Source of the DNA: Ginkgo biloba
Lineage: Eukaryota; Plantae; Ginkgophyta
Direction of reading: 5' to 3'
DNA length: 24,443 nucleotides
Assembly (NCBI GenBank): GCA_024626585.2
Contig: JANKJI020000002.1
Location: forward strand, 138,437,528 to 138,461,970
Shown here: piece after piece, positions 9,960 to 20,000 of the stretch
How the letters are laid out: the number at the start of each line of letters is the position of its first letter
How positions within the stretch are numbered: position 1 is the stretch's first letter
Notes under the pieces: model-generated
Told to the model about the DNA's origin: nothing
Seen by the model: only the letters and a program-made list of their open reading frames with translations
The model's database searches: none
Program-made: the position numbers and the translations under genes

Positions 9960-11330
9960 AACTCAAGCATGGGTGCAAATGGTACAATTGATGACCAAAA
10001 TATATGCATTATCTAACATCTCTAGAAGAAGCTGAAAGTAAACTGTGGAAAACATTCCAAGGTGAACATTTAGTGTGAAATTTGAACTTGGTGGTTTCTT
10101 GGGATTGGTCCATAATATTGTACATTTGGCCTTATTGGTAGGACAAGTGGGTGGCAAACAAGGTCCACATGATTGGTTGTTCATTTGTGGGAGTGGATGT
10201 AGGAATGTGAATAAGCCCATTATTGGAGTTGTTCATTTGTGGAAATGGACGTTTATATGGTTGTTGTGCATGATGAACACCATATGGGAAAGTAAGAGAA
10301 CTCGTAGCAACTTTTCTCCTAGATGGGCTTTGGGATGGGGGGATTCAGGTATGGGTGTTGAGGTGTGATCATAGAGTTCTAACATTAGGATTGGGATTAA
10401 ATATTGGGTGTTATTGAGAAGTCCATATTGTACATAAGAAACATGGTTTCCTTGTTAGGGAATACCATTTGTCTCATTGAATTTGGATTGTGAAGCTTTG
10501 CTAACCTTACCATAATGAAAGAATTGAACTCATCCAAAAGGTTGTAGACATGATCGCTCCATAGCTACAACCCACTCTCTCCCCCAAAGCATATTGAATT
10601 GTTAAGGGGCATTGGCAACATTAACATCAATGTGAATAGTTATGTACTTGTAGATTTGCTTTTTTAATTATCTTATGTTCTTAATTTGTGGTTGTTTTGT
10701 GAGAGGGGTGTTAGCCCCATTTGTTGCATGGATGTGGGAAGAAACAAGGGTAACTTTGGAGCCGTAGTTAATGATACTCCTCCACACTTGGTACACCTCC
10801 ACACTTGTTTTCCTTAGAGGAAGGTGTACACCTTGAAGGGTAATGGCTTTAAAAATGGATGTGGAGGTAAGGTGGGGGGATTGAAAATTTAAATTATCCA
10901 AGGGGAATTGCGCTACCTCAAGTGCTTAGAGGAACTTGGTTCTTTGCGCAGGACATGTTTGAAGGATTTGCAAATAGGAAATAACTATCGGAGCATTATG
11001 AAGATCCTCGACTACTTTATGGTTAAAAGTGGCATGTGAATGATAATTCAAAGCTTTCCTCCTCCTCGTGTTGAGCAGGGGGTTTAGATTAGGAATGCAA
11101 AGAGGGCCACCAAATTGATTGACATTAGTGGAGGTTGGTTGTGGGTTTTGTGCTGCCTTTTGAGCCATTGCTCGTATAGCCACATAAACTTTAGGTTGTG
11201 TGTTTATGATCATCACTTGTGACCACCCTCCATTGTTTGATGGTGTGTAGGGGTTTCTTCTATTGTGCCATTAAGTGGATCACATCGAAATCGATTTTCC
11301 TTGAGGATAGGTTTGAGAACTACCAAGTAT
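9960..11330 (-). mobile_element. Ty3/gypsy (Tat/Ogre-like) gag-protease remnant
   Basis: Minus-strand HKVVEDLHNAPIVISYLQILQTCPAQRTKFL resembles the VVEDLAQ.P..MS.LEVLQ.CP.QRK.LL block. Protease VWRSIINYGSKVTLVS has the catalytic D changed to N at 10769-10767. Then IDVNVANAP*QFNMLWGREWVVAM.AIMST..VQFFHYGKV (consensus V.VVDAPL.YNLLLGR.W..AM.AV.ST..FPH.GK) and a Pro-rich linker. Boundaries approximate. Confidence 0.85.
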
Positions 11331-11425
11331 GCAATCTCTTATCTACATATGTTGATACCTAGAGGAAACCAAAATTATCTTGGGAACTAAGTCTATAATA
11401 GAGGAAGAAGTTTAAATCAGCGCAA

Positions 11426-11840
11426 GGATTTAATGGAAAATTCTTTCTTCAAATTGGAGGTACAACAATAAAGCACACCGATGGGAAGCAATTTTGCTAT
11501 TGTATTTTCATGCTTCATTCTATTGCATTTAGAGCAACATGTATTCTTAAGCTTACTACTGATCATCTGGTCCAACTACTCATTTATAGATGGCACTTCG
11601 GGAATTTCACATGGACTAATAGAGCACCAAAAGACATTTCTGAACCTCTATGGATCATTTCACCCTTAACAATATAAAAAGTATTCATTAAATCTCACCT
11701 TAGCCATTGATAGTATGCACGCAATTTTCTATAGTGATTCTAACTTCGATATCATTGGCATATTGGTTACCAAAGTACACCATAAAGACTTGAATGCTTA
11801 CCAATATCTCCCCTATATCTCTTTTTATCCTTACTTTTTA
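11426..11840 (+). mobile_element. Penelope-like element (PLE) reverse transcriptase remnant (motifs 4-7 plus thumb)
   Basis: GFNGKFFLQIGGTTI / TPMGSNFAIVFSCFILLHLE (F.G..Y.Q..G..MG). YSFIDGTSGI at 11577-11606 has FIDD changed to FIDG. Then KTFLNLYGSFHP-NIK and GILVTKVHHKDLNAYQYLPYISFYP (G.L.T....K.....YL...S.HP thumb motif typical of PLEs). Motifs are collinear with plausible spacing and about three frameshifts. Confidence 0.8.
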
Positions 11841-13952
11841 TATAGCATGCTGGCAACCTTATTAATTGGGATGGTTGAAATGGTTAAGACTTTGGGTGAA
11901 GTTCGATAATTAATTATCTTGGGTTCCCACGTCAACTGTCTCTGCCTTATGTGCCTTTACCTCCTTCGAGCATCGCAATCTATTTTGTATATCCCATGGA
12001 TTTTATTGTTATGAAATATTTATTTTTTAGATACAGAGACCTAAACTCTCTTTCTATTGAATCCACATCTTTAATTGCATGCCTTAAAATAAACTCTATT
12101 TCTTGATTTGGCTTGCACCTGTCCTTCATCATTTTGTNNNNNNNNNNNNNNNNNNNNNNNNNNNNNNNNNNNNNNNNNNNNNNNNNNNNNNNNNNNNNNN
12201 NNNNNNNNNNNNNNNNNNNNNNNNNNNNNNNNNNNNNATGTTTTTGGGTCTCTATGCTCCATTAGGTGGCACAGAGGTCTAGGGAACCAAATATGCTCAG
12301 CAATTACCCCTTTTTTGGGCATTAGTTTTATACCTTATAATTTTATCTCAAGGATGTATTTGTTTTGCTTAGTTGAGTCATATTTCATGAACTTATGTTC
12401 CTTTATTCCCATTTGTTTCATTTACGTAGGCTAGAGTGCTTTATACACTTCCTTGGCATAATTCCTAGGATGCATATGTTAGTCCTATGGGCCTATTTTT
12501 GGTCATATATGAACATTCATATGATTTCTTTATTTAATTTTTCACTCTCACTCAACTTGCAAATGTACTTCCTCAATATGATCAAATTAAACTTTTATTG
12601 AAAGTAAAGGTTTTGTTAACAAAGTAAATTGAGTACAAAAATAAGATCTGCAGAATACTATATGCCAACTTTAGAAGGCTCCAACCACCACTATGTTCAT
12701 AGAGAGGTGAAATTGCCATTTTTGCCAAAAAATAAGGTAGAAATCATACCCTAAACTACCTTTCTATAAGCCATACTAATAATATTCTGGAGATTAATAT
12801 CAAGTAGACATCCTAAACTGGAATGTATAAACATGAATGCATAAGCAATCCTTGAACAAGTGCATGCGAGTTGCATTGAATCCCATTAGACTATGTTGGA
12901 GTGGTTGATTTTCTTTGCTATATTTGCCTTGGGTTGTAACTACATATGCATTATTCATTAGCTGCACTACTTTTAGAGGCATTGTGATGGCCATTTCCAA
13001 TTGACTTAACATTATCATCTTCGAGAATAATTGATTTTGTGAAACTACTTAGGACATGCCACTACATAATACTATCTCTAAGTACTAAGTGCTAAAGTCT
13101 CTATTCCCCCAAGTGGATTCTCACCACCCACAAAGTTAGGGTATGATTGTAAGCATTCTTCTCTTCTCCAACTCTATCCTCTAAGGTTGAAGAAAGTATC
13201 CTTAATTTCCTTTAACTTATATATAAAGATCATGCCTTCCATAATACATTCCAAATTGTTCTTAGTAGTTTAACACAAGATTCATGCTCATGTGGGATAT
13301 TCTTACATGAGACAAAGGTAGTGAATCCTTTCAACTAGGTGAGCATGGATGCTATGAATCAAATAAATCTTGTGGATCATTAGCGAACATCAAGACAAAA
13401 AAATAAGATCATATCTATTATAAGTAGATGAATTGATTTTTAATCAAAATTAAAAGGTGAACTACACTAACCCCCTCAACTTTGTAGGATGGATAGAGGG
13501 TGATCAAAGGTTGTGAGAGACAACATGTGAGGAATTCCCAATGAAAAAGAGATCATGAAGAATATTAATCATTCTATGATCAATATATGTATGANNNNNN
13601 NNNNTATAGTGTTATTTATCATAAGCCATCAAGTATTCAACTATTAGATTAATCAAGAGTTGGCTATTGAATCAGAATTAAGATCATGTTCATGTTCCAT
13701 GATTTATGAAATTATAATTGTAGAACAATGATACATTATTCCATAGTAAAATAGTAACAATATTTCACAATAGGTTGAAATCCCATTTAGTGCGTGAAGG
13801 TGAAGACAATGCCAAAACCAAATTTTAAAGGAAAATATAGAGGCTTAGGTAGTATAAAGCAGGTTAGAAGATTGGAATGAATTAATTCAAGTGAAACTGC
13901 AATAATGGTAACATATTTTAGGAAAAATAGAGAAAAAAATGGGAGTAAGAAA

Positions 13953-14184
13953 TTGTTCTATCGAACAAATGTTTAGGAAGATAATTTATTCGGTCAAACA
14001 ACTAACTAACAAAAATTTAAATTTTAAATTTAAAAATGAAGGCCACACAGACTTTAAAATTTAAAATTTGCCCAACAGTTGATTGACCAAATAGTTTGTT
14101 CAGTCAAACAATTTATTTTCAATGTAAAAGAGGTGGCAGATGTGAAAGAGTGACAAAAAATGAGCCCAAAAATTATTCAGTTGA
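13953..14184. repeat. Array of five decayed 16-bp palindromic motifs (consensus TTGTTCGGTCGAACAA); probable DNA-transposon subterminal region
   Basis: TTGTTCTATCGAACAA 13953; TTATTCGGTCAAACAA 13986; inverted copy TTGATTGACCAAATAG 14079; TTGTTCAGTCAAACAA 14096; TTATTCAGTTGA 14173 (cut by gap). Confidence 0.55.
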
Positions 14185-14499
14185 NNNNNNNNNNNNNNNN
14201 NNNNNNNNNNNNNNNNNNNNNNNNNNNNNNNNNNNNNNNNNNNNNNNNNNNNNNNNNNNNNNNNNNNNNNNNNNNNNNNNNNNNTCTTTAATTGCATTTT
14301 ATTTTGATAGATTTTATAAGGGAAGGCCTCTGAAAATGTCCACGTGATAAAATGATCAATATTAGTTTTAATACTCATAGATTTAGATAAGTGTGTTGTA
14401 TTAATTGGTCTAGGAGCCAAGGTAGATTGTTAGAATAACAATTTCATAATGAAATTAGCTTTTCTCAACTCTTGGTTTAAAAACAAATGTAGATAAACT

Positions 14500-16130
14500 C
14501 TTTTAAATCATATCCAAGTCAGACCATTGGGTTTGTTAAAAAACATAGACCCATTATACAATAATGTATGGACATTGCATGGGAATTATTGGAACAAATC
14601 CCCAAACATTATGAAGATGTTGTCTTAAACCTTACTAATGACATTGTCCTTAGAACTATAGGAGGGATGAGACATAAGGTCCATACTTTAAGTCATGTGC
14701 AAATTCTAAAAGAAAGAAAATAAGGAGTGATTTAAAGGAGTAGTAGATACGCCAAATGTAGACATGAAGGGTACTTGGCTAATAAAAACCCACACCAATA
14801 AATATTACCATGTTAAAATCTTATATGGTCATTTCACTAATAAATATAGGCTCAAATTAAAATTCTACTAGATGCTAGATTTACAAGCATACTAAAAAAA
14901 TGACTAAAAATGTGTAATAATAATATGCCATATTTGGTAGGAGGATAAGAAAGTTCTTGAAATAAATAACACCTTTGCTTTAATAACCATGATTTTAGAA
15001 AATCAGCAAGGCAAGTTGAGTAATGTTTCAAATAAAATAACCTTGGACCTCAAGCTATGATAGTTTAAACACTTAAGAGGGAAAGTCTATATGTTACTTT
15101 GGAAATGATATAACCTATGAGATCATATGGATGAAGCATAACAAAGTAGTCAACTCCACAATCATAGTTCACATTTGGATAAGTTAAGTACATGCATAGT
15201 TAAGAAGATTCTTCCTTTATATTACCATTTGCAACATTCACATACTAAAGAACAATATATTATTTAAGATCATAGGACTATGAGAGCTCATATCAATAAA
15301 AGTATACCATAACACTTTTGTAACAAAAGTTTAATAAAGTAATATCCTTTATGGGAGACTTCATAAATTCGCATTATCAACAACAAATATTCTTATAATA
15401 TACAAAAATCATAAGAAATGATCAAAATTATTTGGGATATTAATGGAATGCTAGTACAAAGTNNNNNNNNNNNNNNNNNNNNNNNNNNNNNNNNNNNNNN
15501 NNNNNNNNNNNNNNNNNNNNNNNNNNNNNNNNNNNNNNNNNNNNNNNNNNNNNNNNNNNNNNTTTTATGAAGAAATTGGTTGAAAGAACACCATACAAAC
15601 AAGAAAAGGTATTCTATATGGAATATGAAGGGTACCACTATTAAAATGAGTGTATCATATAATAACTATAAGCTTAGAAATAAGATAGTACCTCATACTA
15701 TAAAATTAATACTAAGACTCTTATGAATTCTTGTTGGGATGATAAACAATGGAAGCACAACCAAACAATTATTTGGATAACTAGGATGAAATTCACTAGA
15801 AAGTCTTTAGCAAAACCTCCTAAAGGAGGAAATATAATTAAGAGTAATCAAATGTGTATTGAATCAATATGAAAATGAAGGTAGTTAATGTATAGATAAT
15901 GTATTATTATAAGACTAATGGATACGACCATGCCTATAGAAACTATTCATTTTTTATAGTTAGCATAAAAGTATGCCAAGTATATTATGTGGGGGATCAT
16001 AAAATTAAGGAATGATTAGTCTTATTAGAGAATGCGAATTGAATTTAAATAATAGGATTTAGGTGGAGCTAACCATAATATATGATAATATAAGGAGGCA
16101 AGTCTCTCTACTAGATCCCATTTTGAGGGA
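14500..16130 (+). mobile_element. Very old Ty1/copia remnant (gag, zinc knuckle, protease; integrase and RT traces; internally deleted)
   Basis: One frame gives DIAWELLEQIPKHYEDVVLNL (14571, gag-like), YAKCRHEGYLANKNP (14748-14792, decayed CxxCGxxGHxAxxCP) and ILLDARFTSIL (D at 14871). Weaker traces are SNILYGRLHKFALSTTNIL (integrase) and PKGGNIIKS near 15820 (RT start). Confidence 0.6.
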
Positions 16131-16340
16131 TTTGTTGATAATAATAAATCCTCAAAATATATTTTATTATCTTGATATACTCTTAAATTAGAGTTCCTTT
16201 ATCCTTTTATTCTTTCTTTAACAATGGGGTATAAAAGGATTTCTATGAGTTAGTCAACAATATGGTAATGTTTCACCACCCAAGTCTTATTGATCATAAA
16301 TGAAAAGTGATAGATTACTATGTTTTCATCCATTATTTTT
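16123..16340 (+). mobile_element. Putative PPT plus start of a copia 3' LTR
   Basis: TTGAGGGA-TT, then TGTTGATAATAAT at 16133. GTATAAAAGG near 16229. Lies downstream of the copia remnant. 3' end not determined. Confidence 0.4.
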
Positions 16341-16699
16341 AGAATTTCACTCCTAATCCTTAATTATTATTGTTTCTTAAATAATGGAACTCTTTTTTAT
16401 AGGAAGATAAAGAAAATTCTTACCCTTTCAAATCATGGGATAAGATGTTTTCACCTTTACAAATGGGATTAACCGCATCTCTCTATGCATGGGATATAAT
16501 TTACTATTATAACTTTCCACTTTCACCTTATAATGAAGAACGTTATTAAGTGGAAGGTGAGTGTATAAAATAAGGAAATTATTTTATTCAAATATTATTA
16601 TTTTACTTTACCATGGAGCCTTTCTCTACCATGATAAAATGAGGATAAAAACATTAGAAAAATATTTATCCTTTAGGATAAAGTAGAAACTATTCCATA

Positions 16700-17420
16700 T
16701 TTACTAAGTACCAATTTAAGATATAACACTAATGAGATACTCTAAACCATCAACTATAATTATATATATGGATTAAGCTAGGAGACACATGTATCTAACT
16801 AAACTAAATGATCCAAATGGGGTAGACTAGATGACATTGATGGTTATACTAGTAGAAGATTTAGAAAATAGAATTATGACCAAATAATTTCCAAAACATA
16901 AGGTACTAAGTATAAAATTAGTGAAATCCCAACCAATCCTATGCTAATAATTTTGAAAATAAATCTTCATAATATTTTTTGGCTAATATTCCTAGCTCAT
17001 CCCATTCCTTTATAAATCCATATAAGGTTGCATAATATTTTTCTTGATCTGAATAAACCTACTCTCTCTATGCTAACAATAAATGGAAATATAAGATTGC
17101 ATATTTTAGTTAGGTCCTTGGACACACTTTTATATAAAAAAATTAATATGACCATAGCACTCTAGTTCTTAATGATATTCATATCATTTGGATTATTAAT
17201 ACATTTATTGTTACCTTAGTTCATGATGGATTACACAAATTTATTTTTCTATTACTTCTTTATAAAACTTGAATATACTTAGGCCCTTGTAATCCCAAGT
17301 GGATTTAATTAGACCACATGGAAAGTTATCAAACCTAGGATATTTGTTGTTTGCCATATTATTTGTAGTATAAGTGATAGCCTCAAGATATATAGGGGCA
17401 TTACTATCTCTAAATTATTA
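16700..17420 (-). mobile_element. L1/Tx1-type LINE ORF2 reverse transcriptase remnant
   Basis: Minus strand: EAI..MANNKYPRFDNFP (K.PG.DGFP); IKN*SAMVILIFLYKSVSKDL (NWRPI.LLN..YK..SK.L); IVSIERVGLFRSRKILCNL..YKGMG*AR (EQ.GF..GR.IL.N..W.GM.WA); GWDF; ITINVI*STPF...VRYMCLLA (ING..S..F...IRQGCPLA); IIVDGLEYL. Confidence 0.85.
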
Positions 17421-17786
17421 GGGGATATATTCCTTGGGATTACCTTTTAAAAATATTAAATAGAAAAATATTTTAACTAACCTTAAGACTTAAAAATAAA
17501 AAAATGATATTAATGAAAGGCCTTAGGTATTTTTTAGGGTACAAGGACTCTACCCTTGATATTTTTAATGCATTGAATTTGGTTTAATACTTTTGCATTT
17601 ATAAGGAACTAAAATAATCACTTAGAAGGTCTATCCCCCATTATAAGATAATGGATTCCTTCCTTTATTTGAGCTACTTTGTATTTTTAGGTTTCACTCA
17701 CCCTAGTAGCATGGAGGNNNNNNNNNNNNNNNNNNNNNNNNNNNNNNNNNNNNNNNNNNNNNNNNNNNNNNNNNNNNNNNNNNNNN

Positions 17787-18450
17787 AAAGTTGTCTTATG
17801 CCGATACTCCTCAGTGATTAGAACTTAGTTATACCAAGAAAATTCATCTAGTAATGACAACATTCTTGACCCGATTGAATCCTACAAGATCTTATCCATT
17901 TTAGGAAGGGGATTATTATCTTTTAGAAACTCATTGTTTAAGTTCCTATAATAAATATAGAGCCTTATATCTCCATTTATTTTCCTAATAGGGACTAGCT
18001 TAGCCACCTAAGATAAGTGACATATTGAAAAAATGATCCTAGCCTCATAAAGATTTTGAACTTTATGCCACATCATGTCCTTTATCTTGGGGTTCACTGC
18101 TCTCTACTTCTACCTAAAAGGATTTTTCTTGGGCTTCAGTGGAATGACATGTTGGATGATCTCTAGGTTGAAGACTCTGATACCATCATAACCTAAGTAA
18201 GAACATCTATAATTTTTTTCTAGAGTGCAAGGATTTGTTCTTCTTCTTCTTTAGTACAACATTTCCCCACAAGGACTACTCTTGGGTTATCTCCATCTAC
18301 TATATTACATTGTTTGAACTTTTGGACAATACACTTTAATGATTCTTTCTAAGAGAGCTTCAATTTAAAGGAGTCATGAATATTGAATAGCTCCTCTAGT
18401 GACAATAGGCTTATTATGATTTTATGCATTTTAAGTTCTTTACAATGAAA
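17787..18450 (-). mobile_element. Ty3/gypsy (Tat/Ogre-like) pol remnant: pre-RT linker and RT N-terminal half
   Basis: Minus strand: LSLEELF; NPRVVLVGKCCTKEEE..DVLT*GYD; IIQHVIPLKP..PFR*K*RAVNP; LVPIRKINGDIRLYIYYRNLN..LKDNNPLPKMDKIL; LSLLDEFSWYN*V..RHKTT (consensus LVPVRKKNG.IRLCVDFRNLN..KDNYPLP..LDGFSGYNQ). Runs into the gap at 17786. Confidence 0.93.
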
Positions 18451-19674
18451 TGATTATTCATCCTTGGCGGTTCTATGTCCTAATATATCATTTGTACCTC
18501 ATCGATTCTACTGTGCCATATTTATCTATTTTATCACTCATGTTGTTTTGGCATGCCTTATTTACATATTGATATCATGCATGTACTTTGTGGTCCCTTA
18601 CATGGTCTTGTTATTCTCATGGATATTATATCATATGTCCACATACATCATGTTTTATATTTACACATGGGCCTTTTACATACTATGTATCATAAATTGA
18701 GGTACATAAATGAGATTTCATTGGTTTATTATGATTCACAATATTTGACATATATTTATGGTCTTCTCTTGTTATACCATTAGACAATAAAGAAGAATCA
18801 ATAAGACTGTATACATAAAAAAATGATTTATGACCTTGAGAATCTTATTTTTTATAATATGATACAATACATGGGATGTCACAAAATTTCAATATTATCA
18901 AGGTCATAAGGCTAATCCATCATATAAAAATCCCTTGTTCATAAGGAAAAAAATAAGGGATAATATCATAGCATCTACATTATTGTCTAAAGGCTTTCAT
19001 CTTGGCTTCTAGATTCTATGTTCTTCGTAGAGATCACTTGAGAAGACTTGTTTCATACATTATAATTCAACATCAAGAGGAATAATGGAGAGTTTGTATC
19101 TTGCAATCTTGAGGGTACTTCACCATTCATTTTGGTATGTATACTTCTTACAAATGAGAATGAAGGGAGAAAGATAAGAGAATTGCCACACATTCCATTG
19201 TATAATCATCATTTGATAATAACACTCATATTTTATTTCCACCTTATCTCCATTTATGAAATTATTCATTTTTATAGATTTTATATCATATACATAATTT
19301 TTTCTTTAGGAATTTTTAAAGTTTTATTAATTTTAAAAATTTATTTATATTTTTGTAAATTCTTTTTTTCATTTATTTTTCCTACTTTGTGTAAGCAATT
19401 TTCATTTTTAAAGAGAAANNNNNNNNNNNNNNNNNNNNNNNNNNNNNNNNNNNNNNNNNNNNNNNNNNNNNNNNNNNNNNNNNNNNNNNNNNNNNNNNNN
19501 NNNNNNNNNNNNNNNNNNNNNNNNNNNNNNNNNNNNNNNNNNNNNNNNNNNNNNNNNNNNNNNNNNNNNNNNNNNNNNNNNNNNNNNNNNNNNNNNNNNN
19601 NNNNNNNNNNNNNNNNNNNNNNNNNNNNNNNNNNNNNNNNNNNNNNNNNNNNNNTCCGTTATCCTTAAAATGTT

Positions 19675-20000
19675 AGGGGAGGGGATGTAGGGGAAATCCA
19701 ATATACACTAACCTATGGTTGGGAGAGCTTATAAGGGTTAAGGAACGATCCCCTTAAGGAGAACCCATTATGATAATTTCCTTATAATTCATATATGGGC
19801 ATATTCTAAAGGACCTCCTCTCAGACTGGTTGGTGTAGATTGGTATCTTATATTCTTTTTTTATTTTTTTTTCCTTGATTGTTATGTTCTCCAATTAATA
19901 TTTTATCTTTTATGCCTTCATATCATAAGATTTAATGGGGAAATAATCACCTCCTCTCTCGTAGGCCTCAGTTTCCTTGATCTTAGTTCTATTACATGAT
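19675..20000 (+). mobile_element. Polypurine tract plus 5' end of a gypsy-type LTR
   Basis: AGGGGAGGGGA (19675-19685) directly followed by TGTAGGGGAAATCC (19686). The LTR 3' end was not determined, so the end coordinate is approximate. Confidence 0.5.

Noticed and set aside
11870-11932. tRNA/SINE-like head (TGGTTGAAATGGTTAAGAC A-box-like; GTTCGA or GGGTTC B-box-like) after the PLE remnant
   Set aside because: The B-box is poor or badly spaced, and no cloverleaf or tail is evident.
12240-12620. Minus-strand LSESEKLNKEII*MFI, resembling Ulp1 protease WLNDEVIN
   Set aside because: Single weak motif; no catalytic His/Asp/Cys motifs could be recovered.
18175-18185. TGGTATCAGAG on the minus strand, an 11-nt match to the tRNA-Met primer-binding site
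   Set aside because: It sits inside the continuous gypsy pol frame (DVLT*GYDGIRVF), with pol sequence on both sides and no LTR end next to it. Coincidental.
18464-19418. Hydrophobic I/F/Y/L-rich ORFs (18464, 18553, 19132)
   Set aside because: Expected by chance in very AT-rich DNA; no domain or splice support.
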